DNA of 64,000 bases from an uncultured Candidatus Saccharibacteria bacterium. GTDB lineage: Bacteria > Patescibacteriota > Minisyncoccia > UBA6257 > 2-01-FULL-56-20. The notes beneath the pieces are model-generated. The model searched no databases. It saw only the letters and a list, made by a program, of their open reading frames with translations, and was not told the DNA's origin. The stretch lies in contig OZ246418.1 of the NCBI GenBank assembly GCA_965231155.1, forward strand, positions 110,850-174,849, given 5' to 3'. Positions 40,136 to 48,856 of this stretch are shown in pieces (the stretch's first letter is position 1; every line of letters starts with the position of its first letter). The position numbers and the translations under genes are program-made.

Positions 40136-41838
40136 GCGAATTCTTTAATATAACATCCCCGACAGAGAAGCGGGTTAACTTCTTTATTTTTTATCGATGT
40201 TTCAAATCCCGTCTGGCACTGCGAACATTTCACAGTGATGGTGGTCAGATTCATGGCCCACTCAACCATCTTCTCTCTCACCCGACAAAAAGGACAATTC
40301 CGTGGCAAGGGGAATTTTAGATTTTTAAGCAAATCAAATTCTTGCTTGATGATTCTAAACGCGCGCCCACAACTCAGACAACCGATCTTCTCCTCAATAA
40401 TCTTTTCATCTACATCACGAATATGATCAGGTAGGTCTTCTGCTTTTACGGTAACTTCGTAAGCAGCCTCCGCATCTTCACGCCACCTTAATCCTTTATT
40501 AAGGACCTCTTCTTTAGACATAGGGAAGAACACACTGGCCAAAGAATCGTTATATGGCAACGGACTCATCTCCATCGGGAAAAACTCACCATATTTATAT
40601 ACTCTCCCCTGGGCATCAGTATATGGCATCTCGTCCATATGTTTTTTTATTTTCCGCACAAGATCCTTAAACTCCTCCTCAGAATACTCTTTGTTCAAAA
40701 CACAGTTCCTGACTCGTCGAGCTCCCACACACCCAAAATGATTCTTCGCCGTCCACGATCCGTTTGTATACTCTGCGTTAATAGTCTCGAGCCCCGTATC
40801 TTTTATGAATTGGGAGTCCGAACAACCCTGGCCAGTAATATTTCCCTCATATAAAAGATCGAGCGGTCCCGCCGAACCAGATATGTCATAGCTATTCGTC
40901 TGTGGACTAGAAAGATTCATAAACATAAATTTACAGTCCTCTGCGCCAATTACTTCGTAACACTGATTGCAGTTCTTTGACCCAAAAATATAGTTCCCCG
41001 TACAATTCTGAGTTGTATCTTCATAATGAGCTTTTACAATCTGTGTCGCCCAGTGTTTTTCTGCGTCCTCTTTGGCTTGTAGATATCCCTGATAGGAACC
41101 AAGATCATACTTTTTTATAGCGTCTAAATATTCATCCTTGGTCAGTTGTTGGTTGAAAAACACGTACTGCTTATTTTTCAAGTTCGCCGAACCAAAACAA
41201 TTCTGGCAGTTTTTTGAATCACGCAAAAAATAACAATCCATAGACTCCTCTACCTGCCCACGACATCCAGCACTCTTACTTACTTTATACGCATTCATCA
41301 TATCGTACGATTGATTAGTCGCGTACGATAAAGAACAATTCAAAAGATCAGCCGAATAGAGCACAAAAAAACCGTAAGCGCAATTTTCGTTTTGCATCGA
41401 TTCAAAAAGAAGATAGCAGTTCTTTAGATTGAGAGCATGGTTATTATACGGAGATGTATCCAAAGATTCAGTGCCAAGAGAGAGTGCCTGGAGAGGAGCT
41501 TGATGAAGCAACTCGTCGTACTGCTCAAAAAATGGGCGCGAGAAATCATAGTCGCGACCATAGTCTCGTGGATCCCACTCATCAGAAAACCAACACTTGG
41601 AACAATAAATTGTGTACTCAGAGTTAGAAGCATACATCGAGATAATGTCTTTATGACATAAATCACAGGTTCTCTTATAGAGTTTTACGATATTAAAAAG
41701 CGCTAAACGACGCTGAAAACGACACCGCGGACAGAACGTCGGTGGAGGTACGCTAATCTTTTTATAAAATTCAAAATCCTCCGACTCAATCGCGAACTGC
41801 GTTTTGCAATTTTGACACTGTTTAATTTCTGAGTTCAT
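40132..41838 (-). CDS. Cys-rich zinc-ribbon/solenoid-repeat protein, array copy 5
   Basis: Start MNSEIKQCQNC at 41838 (ATGA overlap with the copy 4 stop; track start 41868). Confidence 0.92.
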   Translation of the reverse strand: MNSEIKQCQNCKTQFAIESEDFEFYKKISVPPPTFCPRCRFQRRLALFNIVKLYKRTCDLCHKDIISMYASNSEYTIYCSKCWFSDEWDPRDYGRDYDFSRPFFEQYDELLHQAPLQALSLGTESLDTSPYNNHALNLKNCYLLFESMQNENCAYGFFVLYSADLLNCSLSYATNQSYDMMNAYKVSKSAGCRGQVEESMDCYFLRDSKNCQNCFGSANLKNKQYVFFNQQLTKDEYLDAIKKYDLGSYQGYLQAKEDAEKHWATQIVKAHYEDTTQNCTGNYIFGSKNCNQCYEVIGAEDCKFMFMNLSSPQTNSYDISGSAGPLDLLYEGNITGQGCSDSQFIKDTGLETINAEYTNGSWTAKNHFGCVGARRVRNCVLNKEYSEEEFKDLVRKIKKHMDEMPYTDAQGRVYKYGEFFPMEMSPLPYNDSLASVFFPMSKEEVLNKGLRWREDAEAAYEVTVKAEDLPDHIRDVDEKIIEEKIGCLSCGRAFRIIKQEFDLLKNLKFPLPRNCPFCRVREKMVEWAMNLTTITVKCSQCQTGFETSIKNKEVNPLLCRGCYIKEFA

Positions 41839-43484
41839 ACTATATTCTGCTGATAACAACTCTCGCACGCAATTTTTTTATACTCCCATTCTAGTGGGTA
41901 GTAGGCCTGAATATCTTTTCCGCAATATGTACAGGCATATGGATATGCCGTAATAACTGAAACCCGATTCACCCGATTTAATGTTCGACGATCTGGATGT
42001 AGGCGTGGCAATGGGATAGAGTGCTGACGATAGAAAGCCAACTCGTGAGGTGCAATATTATATCGATAGCCCGCCTCAGGACAGACAAGCGCTTCTGAAG
42101 TTATCCCGTCATCAACTTCAGAAATAGTGTCGGGCAAACTGCTTGTAGCTTTTCCCTCGAGATTCATATCGCTATTCTCCTCCCAGTAAGCACCCAGCGA
42201 TACAATCTTCTCCCGAGTCAAGGGGAAGAAAATGTTGGCCTGAGTGACATTATATCCACTGTAAGCCATATCATATGGCAGAAACTTTCCATATGATCCA
42301 TCTTTTTTCATGTTCTCGATGATTTCCGCTCGCAATTTTTCGAACTCCTCTTTTGTATACTGTTTGTTTAAAATGGCGTACTTTTTCTTCTTCAAACCAA
42401 CACACCCAAAACAGTATTCACAATCGATACAAAGATCAAGATACTCCGAATAACGGCAATACTGACACCAAACAGAGTATTTCATTTCATAACCTCCAAC
42501 AGTATCAGCGGTATTACCCGATCGCTCCATCTCCCATGAACCCGTAATATCAATAACATCTTTCATTTTCAATCCGCGCATAACGTTATAGCAGTTTTCT
42601 GAATCTTCCCAATAAAACGCATTTACACACCGATTACAATTCGTTAAGTAATTACCGACTGATTGCTCTGTTTTTACATTGAAGTTTTCTCGATGCACAG
42701 CTTTGTCTTGGACATATCTTTCCCATTCCTTCTTTAAATTTTGAACTGCTTTCCAAGAACCAAATCGGTATTCGTCCAGTTTCTTCTGGTACTCTTCCTT
42801 GGAATACTGCTGGTTTAAAATGCAGTACTGTTTGTTCCGTAGATTCCAAGACATAAAACAGTTCTGGACATTTCGACAGTCGAAAAGAAACATACTATCA
42901 ATCGCGTTTCGACAGTTAAAGGAGTAGCGCAAATTAAAGCAGTTAAAACAGTAGGTGCAGTCATATGATCGCTCCGTATCGTAGCAGTAAGTAATGTCAA
43001 AGGAATCTTTAACCCGAACCATTCGATACCCATAACTCACCTCTTCACAATGTGTCATGGAACGCGACAAGTAGCAATTTTTACATTCCCAGACATCGTC
43101 ACACCAGTCACAACTAACGTTATTTTCTCCTGTTTGATGAGGGCGAGGAACTTTCTCCTGCAGTTCTTTAAGTTGATCCAAAAAGGGACGACTGGAATCG
43201 TAGTCCATAGATGCTGGCTCCCAATCATCGGAAAACCATTCTTTCGAAGTGTAAATGGGATAACGAGTCTTCGACGGCAAAACCGTAATCAGATTTTTTC
43301 CGCTTAAATCAGATACTCCTTTGCGAAATTTCCCAAAAATCCAAAACGCTAACTGCTGTCTCGAGCGGCAAGCAAAACACTGATGAGCTAGTTCGACACC
43401 AATCATCTCATACATTCCCAGCTCATCCTTAGTTATCGTGAAAGACCCTCCGCAATCGGTACAACTTTTCGTGAGAGGTTCCAT
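41835..43484 (-). CDS. Cys-rich zinc-ribbon/solenoid-repeat protein, array copy 4 (appears most divergent)
   Basis: Start MEPLTKSCTDC at 43484, 1 nt after the copy 3 stop (track start 43649 overlaps copy 3). Confidence 0.9.
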   Translation of the reverse strand: MEPLTKSCTDCGGSFTITKDELGMYEMIGVELAHQCFACRSRQQLAFWIFGKFRKGVSDLSGKNLITVLPSKTRYPIYTSKEWFSDDWEPASMDYDSSRPFLDQLKELQEKVPRPHQTGENNVSCDWCDDVWECKNCYLSRSMTHCEEVSYGYRMVRVKDSFDITYCYDTERSYDCTYCFNCFNLRYSFNCRNAIDSMFLFDCRNVQNCFMSWNLRNKQYCILNQQYSKEEYQKKLDEYRFGSWKAVQNLKKEWERYVQDKAVHRENFNVKTEQSVGNYLTNCNRCVNAFYWEDSENCYNVMRGLKMKDVIDITGSWEMERSGNTADTVGGYEMKYSVWCQYCRYSEYLDLCIDCEYCFGCVGLKKKKYAILNKQYTKEEFEKLRAEIIENMKKDGSYGKFLPYDMAYSGYNVTQANIFFPLTREKIVSLGAYWEENSDMNLEGKATSSLPDTISEVDDGITSEALVCPEAGYRYNIAPHELAFYRQHSIPLPRLHPDRRTLNRVNRVSVITAYPYACTYCGKDIQAYYPLEWEYKKIACESCYQQNIV

Positions 43485-43485
43485 A

Positions 43486-45252
43486 TTACACTGTTTCCGC
43501 CTGATAACACTGTTCGCAATACAAAATCTCCGGCCTCCCTGGTTCGTAGCTTGTCCTAAATTCATTCGAACATACTCCTTCGCCATGAGCGTGGGTAACG
43601 GCATTTTGGTAGTCGATCCCAGATCCTGGATTTCGTCCCTGCTTGCCACTACACATACACTTTCCTGGCCAGAGCTTCGGAGGATTCACGAATTTGAAGC
43701 GTTCCATATAACGACAGTTGGGACACATTCGTGGCAAAGGTAAATCAATTCTTCGGAGGAAATCCAGCTCTGCCTGAATGATCCGATAAGCCTTCTTGCA
43801 GGAACCGCACTGAACGAGTTCTTGGAGAATTGAATCGGGAACTTCTTTGATATCATCAGGAAGGTCAGCAATTGTTTTGGTGGTCTGATACTCTTTTTCT
43901 TCGACGTCTCTCCAGGCATATCCCCGAGCGAGAGCTTCATCCTTAGTCAGCGGGAAAAAATCCTGAGCCATCGTGTCGTTGTACGCAAAGGGAGAAAAAT
44001 CTGTGGGGAAAAACTCACCGTAACGATAGGTCCTCCCCTGCTTATCGGTGAAAGGCAGTTCGTTCATCTGAGCGATAATTTTTTCTCGCAAAGCGAAGTA
44101 CTCCTCCTTGGAATACTGTTTGTTCAAAATACAGTACTGTTTTTTATTTAAACTGACACAACCAAAAAGATTTTCTGAACCACGACAAAATATTGAGTAC
44201 TCCTGATTCTGACCTGAATTCCAACACTCCCAACAGAACTTCAGACGACTCACCCCAAAACCACAAGTCAACGACTCATACATTTCTGAAGCTCCCATGC
44301 CAAAGTTACTAAAGTCATATGAATCACTAATCGGTGGCTCCAGAAATTGCGAGTAAGCCAGGTTCTGACCTTCGTGAATAGAGTAACAATCTTTTAAATT
44401 TTTTGAACGTTCGATATGTTCACCAGTCGAATTCTGAACCTGAATGGCTAGCGTGTATCGCATCGGATGCTTGGCCCAAAAAGCGTGGGCCTTTTCTCTA
44501 TATTCAACGACCGTCTTCCACGAACCTAGGTTCAGATCGTCCATATACTTTTTATATTCTTCTTTAGAATATTGCTGATTGAAAATATGGTACGACTTAT
44601 TGCGAAGATTGACACAACCAAAACAGTTCGTACAACCCATTAAGTTTCGAGAAAACCAAATGTCAGTAGACTCTTCAATATTCACTGAATAAAAGATACG
44701 GTATCCTTCGTCGGCCATATAGTTGTCGTATGAAAGTTCGGTATGTCGAGCCTCGTAGAGATCGAAAGAATCTTTAAGGTTGTATCCGCTCACAATGTAC
44801 GCGGAGTTTTCACTGTCGTTACCATTAAAATAAAGATAGCAGTTCTTCAAACCTCCAGCTTGCTCGCAATACTCTGAGTTAACCATATTTAAAGTGCTCT
44901 TCGCAGGCCAAGGCACTGTATAGAGCAGCTCTTTATACTGGTCAAAAAATGGCCGAGAAAAATCATAATCTCGACCATAGCTCATCGCATCCCACTTATC
45001 TGACCACCAATCGTCAAGGTGGTATATGGTAGCTGGTACAGTATTAGGATAACCGGAAAAAATATCCTTATTGTTTAAACCCTCTTTTCGCTTAAAAAGG
45101 AACCGTTCGTTCCGCCAAGTGAGACGGCGAATAAGGCGACACTCCGGACACCACGTAGGTGGTGGCACACTAATTTTTTTATAAAAATCGAAATCTGCCT
45201 CTTCAATTAAGAAATTCTGCTTGCAGGACTGGCACGATCTCATTTCGGTCAT
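43486..45252 (-). CDS. Cys-rich zinc-ribbon/solenoid-repeat protein, array copy 3
   Basis: 588 aa, same architecture; CxC..HAH insertion in the last ribbon. Confidence 0.92.
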   Translation of the reverse strand: MTEMRSCQSCKQNFLIEEADFDFYKKISVPPPTWCPECRLIRRLTWRNERFLFKRKEGLNNKDIFSGYPNTVPATIYHLDDWWSDKWDAMSYGRDYDFSRPFFDQYKELLYTVPWPAKSTLNMVNSEYCEQAGGLKNCYLYFNGNDSENSAYIVSGYNLKDSFDLYEARHTELSYDNYMADEGYRIFYSVNIEESTDIWFSRNLMGCTNCFGCVNLRNKSYHIFNQQYSKEEYKKYMDDLNLGSWKTVVEYREKAHAFWAKHPMRYTLAIQVQNSTGEHIERSKNLKDCYSIHEGQNLAYSQFLEPPISDSYDFSNFGMGASEMYESLTCGFGVSRLKFCWECWNSGQNQEYSIFCRGSENLFGCVSLNKKQYCILNKQYSKEEYFALREKIIAQMNELPFTDKQGRTYRYGEFFPTDFSPFAYNDTMAQDFFPLTKDEALARGYAWRDVEEKEYQTTKTIADLPDDIKEVPDSILQELVQCGSCKKAYRIIQAELDFLRRIDLPLPRMCPNCRYMERFKFVNPPKLWPGKCMCSGKQGRNPGSGIDYQNAVTHAHGEGVCSNEFRTSYEPGRPEILYCEQCYQAETV

Positions 45253-45328
45253 ATGTGCCTATTTTCTCCCTTTTTAGAGGTTTAGGCAACTTCTTCTTAA
45301 TAACCCCAACTTTAGTAGAACAACTAGC

Positions 45329-47107
45329 CTATACAACCTCAACCTGATAGCACTCTTCACAGTAAATAATTTCCGATCGATCGAGAGCATATCCCGTCTC
45401 AAAATAATGAGGACAGGGAACTAAACCATGCGAGTGAGTAGCACTATTTCTGTACACTCCTCCATCCGAAGAAACTCCTGCACACTGACACTGCCTTTCA
45501 TAAACTTTTATTGAGTTACGCTGAGCAATTCGAGTATAGTGTCGACAGTTCACGCAGAGTCGAGGGAGGGCCAGATTAAACTTCTTATAAAACTGAAGCT
45601 CTTGCGGAATCACTCGAAAAGCCCCCGTGCAACCATGGCTGCAACTTCCCTCGTGTACGCATCCAATAACTTGTTGCAAAACAGTCTCCTCTACATCTTT
45701 TATCTGATCAGGGATCTGAGTGTAAGGAAGGGTTACTGTATGTTGCTTTTTCTCTGAATTTTTCCACTGGAAACAAGCTTTCTTTGATTGTTCTTCAGTC
45801 AAAGGGAAATGTTCATAAGCCAAACTCTCGTTATAAGCATATGTGGAGAGCTCTACTGGGAAAAACTCTCCATATCGATAGACTCGGCCAGCTTGGTCAG
45901 TGAAAGGCACCTCATCCATCTGTTTCTTGATCTTTGAAATGAGTGCTTCATATTCCTCTTTAGCGTACTGCTTATTCAAGATGCAATACTGTTTATTCCG
46001 AAGACCAATACAGCCAAACAGATTAGAGGAAGTCATGCAGTACTCCGAATATTCCAGATCGTTTACGTTAGTGTAACACTGCAAACAAAACTTAAGATTA
46101 TTTGCGCCTGCACCAGTCATTGCAATCTCGTAGCTAAAAGTGGCATTCTCGCCCCACACACTGTAGTCATAACACTCCTTACTCGAAGGCACCTGCATAT
46201 ACTGACAGTACTTCAAATTTTCACAGTCGTTTACAAGATAAGACTTCTTTACGTTTCTCGAGTTGGAAATATAAGAACCACCGACATCAGCATTTTTTGT
46301 TCCTTCGAGATATTTGGTAGGAAATTTTAGCCAAAAATCTTGAGCTTTTCTTCGAATTTGTTCTAACTCTGTATGTGACCCCAAGTTGAATGATTTTAAC
46401 TTCTCTTCGTACTCCTCCTTCGAGTACTGTTCATTAAAAATACAGTAACTCTTCCCTCTGAGATTGACACACCCAAAACAGTTCGTACAACCTCTGAGAT
46501 TCTTCGAAAAATAGACATCGATACAATCGACACACTGACTGGAAAAAAGAGTTCTATTGCAATTTGTGAGCCAGAAGTTCTCGTAACACTGTTCTGACTT
46601 CTGAATATGCGAGTTGTCTATACAATCTCGAGAGTAGTCAACTCCATTTCCATAAGCACAATCTTCGGTATAACTGGCGTTGAAGAGAAGATAACAATTT
46701 TTGAGAAAAGAAGCGTTATTAGAATACTCGCTATTCGTTACAGTAATAATAGACTTGGCTGGACGAGGAACTTTTTTAGATAATTCCAGGTATTGTTCAA
46801 AAAATGGACGGGAAAAATCATAATCCTCACCATAAGTCATTGGATCCCATTCATCAGACCACCACTCCTCCTGAGTGTAGACTGGAAAATGGGCATCGGC
46901 GGGATAGGTTGAAAAAAGATCGGTGCCGGAAAATGAGCTGGTCCTCTTATAGAGAGCCCGCTCATTACGAAAAGCGAGGCGACGTTGAGCCCGACAGAGC
47001 CAACAAAAAGTCGGAGGTGGCACTTCCATCCGCTTATAGAAATCGAAATCCTCCGGTTCAATAATGAATGATTGCTTGCAGTTCTGACAGATCTTATTTT
47101 CGATCAT
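45329..47107 (-). CDS. Cys-rich zinc-ribbon/solenoid-repeat protein, array copy 2
   Basis: 592 aa; ATGA overlap with copy 1; clear 12-aa repeats; CxC..HSH insertion. Confidence 0.92.
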   Translation of the reverse strand: MIENKICQNCKQSFIIEPEDFDFYKRMEVPPPTFCWLCRAQRRLAFRNERALYKRTSSFSGTDLFSTYPADAHFPVYTQEEWWSDEWDPMTYGEDYDFSRPFFEQYLELSKKVPRPAKSIITVTNSEYSNNASFLKNCYLLFNASYTEDCAYGNGVDYSRDCIDNSHIQKSEQCYENFWLTNCNRTLFSSQCVDCIDVYFSKNLRGCTNCFGCVNLRGKSYCIFNEQYSKEEYEEKLKSFNLGSHTELEQIRRKAQDFWLKFPTKYLEGTKNADVGGSYISNSRNVKKSYLVNDCENLKYCQYMQVPSSKECYDYSVWGENATFSYEIAMTGAGANNLKFCLQCYTNVNDLEYSEYCMTSSNLFGCIGLRNKQYCILNKQYAKEEYEALISKIKKQMDEVPFTDQAGRVYRYGEFFPVELSTYAYNESLAYEHFPLTEEQSKKACFQWKNSEKKQHTVTLPYTQIPDQIKDVEETVLQQVIGCVHEGSCSHGCTGAFRVIPQELQFYKKFNLALPRLCVNCRHYTRIAQRNSIKVYERQCQCAGVSSDGGVYRNSATHSHGLVPCPHYFETGYALDRSEIIYCEECYQVEVV

Positions 47108-48795
47108 ACAACTTCTTTGTTATAACATTCCTCGCAGTAGACAATTTCGGGCCGATCTGGAGCATAGGAGGTCTTAATATCTTTACTACACTTTGCACAT
47201 GTTCGATCGAATATTTTAATTGGATTCAGTTTGGCCACTCGACCACGATCGCGACACAATGGACACTGTCGCGGAACAGGAATGCTGAATCGACGATAGA
47301 AATCCAACTCCATCTGAATAATTTGGTAGTTCTTCCCACAAGACTCGCACTTCAAGATCCCCTGAAGAATCTCGTCTTTCACATCTTTAATATGATCAGG
47401 AACTACGACGGTAGCCTCCTTATACTCTCGTACGTCGGGATCGCGCCAGCTAAAACCTCTGCGTAGAGCCTCCTCCTTAGTCAGCGGGAAAAACTCATAC
47501 GCAAGTGACTCGTTATACTTCCAGGGACAGATATCAGTCGGGAAATACTCACCATAGCGATACTCCCTTCCGAGACTGTCTTTGTAGGGAACTTCAGCCA
47601 TCTGCTTTCTGATCTTCGGTACCAACTCCTCATACTCTTCTTTGGTGTACTGCTTATTTAAAATGCAGTAACTCCCCTTTCTGATTCCGAAACAACCAAA
47701 AAGGTTCTCTGAACCATGACAGCCGTACGAGTACTCCAAGTGATGACAGTTGTAATCCCAGAAGCCAAACCTAATATTATTAGCATTCAGACCGACCCAA
47801 GCAGAGTTATAAATCCACTCAGCATTCACGCCAAACTGAGTATAGTCATAAGCTTTTCTTGTCGGTCCAGACTTCAGAAGTTGACCAAAACGAACGTCTT
47901 CGGCATAACCAGCCATATACGAATCACGAACATTCTTGGCGTTGTAAATGTAATCCCCTGAAACGTTTTCGTTCTTTCTCCCATGAAATGCCTTTCGGGG
48001 ATATTTCAAGAAAAATTCATTCACTTTCTTCCTAAAGGTCTCTCGAGCTTGAAATGAACCAAGATTTAGTTCAGCCAACTGCCTCTCAAATTCTTCCTTA
48101 GAAACAGGCTGATTAAAGATCTGATAGCTCTGACCTCGAAGATTGATACATCCAATACAATTCGTACAGCCAACTAAGTTTTTAGAAAAATAGACATTAT
48201 GACACTCGTCGCAGTCTTCCGAGTAGAAAGCTTGATAGCATTTATTGCATGTTAAGAAATCATATGAAAGCTCATCGAAGTTTACATAGTTACCATCTAT
48301 ACAATCCTTCATGTCCGTCGCCGTATTTACATACGCGCAGTTCTCCGTGCCATCAATTCGGAAACATAGGTAGCAGTCTTTAAGTGTTGAGGCGGCGTTA
48401 CAGTACTCGCTCCGAATCATGCTGGAGTACTCAGTATAAAGAACGGGATGCGGTGTGGCTTTTAAAAGCTCGTCAAACTGCTCAAAAAAAGATCGTGAGA
48501 AATCGTAATCTCGTCCATAGGTCTTTGCGTCCCACTTATCAGACCACCAGATGTCTTGTCTATAGGTTTTATAAGGAGCATCGGGATGATAACTTGAAAT
48601 GACACTATCCCCCGTAAAATCACACTTTCGTTTATGGAGAAGGCGATAGCCACACCAAGAGAATCTCTGAAGCATACGACACTCTGGACACCAGGTTGGT
48701 GGAGGTACCTGCATCTGCTCATAGAACGAAAAATCGTCGGGTTCTATGGCGAATGATTTTTGACAACTCTGACAATGCCTTGTTTCCGTGTTCAT
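47104..48795 (-). CDS. Cys-rich zinc-ribbon/solenoid-repeat protein, array copy 1
   Basis: 563 aa; TATAAT 8 nt before ATG; ends CAKC-x17-CEEC. Confidence 0.92.
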   Translation of the reverse strand: MNTETRHCQSCQKSFAIEPDDFSFYEQMQVPPPTWCPECRMLQRFSWCGYRLLHKRKCDFTGDSVISSYHPDAPYKTYRQDIWWSDKWDAKTYGRDYDFSRSFFEQFDELLKATPHPVLYTEYSSMIRSEYCNAASTLKDCYLCFRIDGTENCAYVNTATDMKDCIDGNYVNFDELSYDFLTCNKCYQAFYSEDCDECHNVYFSKNLVGCTNCIGCINLRGQSYQIFNQPVSKEEFERQLAELNLGSFQARETFRKKVNEFFLKYPRKAFHGRKNENVSGDYIYNAKNVRDSYMAGYAEDVRFGQLLKSGPTRKAYDYTQFGVNAEWIYNSAWVGLNANNIRFGFWDYNCHHLEYSYGCHGSENLFGCFGIRKGSYCILNKQYTKEEYEELVPKIRKQMAEVPYKDSLGREYRYGEYFPTDICPWKYNESLAYEFFPLTKEEALRRGFSWRDPDVREYKEATVVVPDHIKDVKDEILQGILKCESCGKNYQIIQMELDFYRRFSIPVPRQCPLCRDRGRVAKLNPIKIFDRTCAKCSKDIKTSYAPDRPEIVYCEECYNKEVV

Positions 48796-48827
48796 TAAAA
48801 ACCATTATACCCCGAACTCCAAGAAAC

Positions 48828-48856
48828 AAAAAAAGCCCTTCTTTAGAGCTTTTTCT
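48828..48856 (-). terminator. putative intrinsic terminator after ATPase copy 1
   Basis: Minus strand AGCTCT-AAAGA-AGGGCT followed by a T-run. Confidence 0.55.

Noticed and set aside
43485-43649. 55-aa N-terminal extension of array copy 4
   Set aside because: It overlaps copy 3 in another frame; family alignment places the start at ATG 43484.
43940-47493. Identical 20-mer TCCTTAGTCAGCGGGAAAAA at 43940-43959 and 47474-47493
   Set aside because: It encodes the conserved FFPLTK(D/E) motif in two paralogs; too short to claim gene conversion or a repeat element.
36687-48795. Array as targets of a diversity-generating retroelement
   Set aside because: No reverse transcriptase in the window, and no near-identical TR/VR pair differing only at adenines was seen; divergence spans the whole genes.
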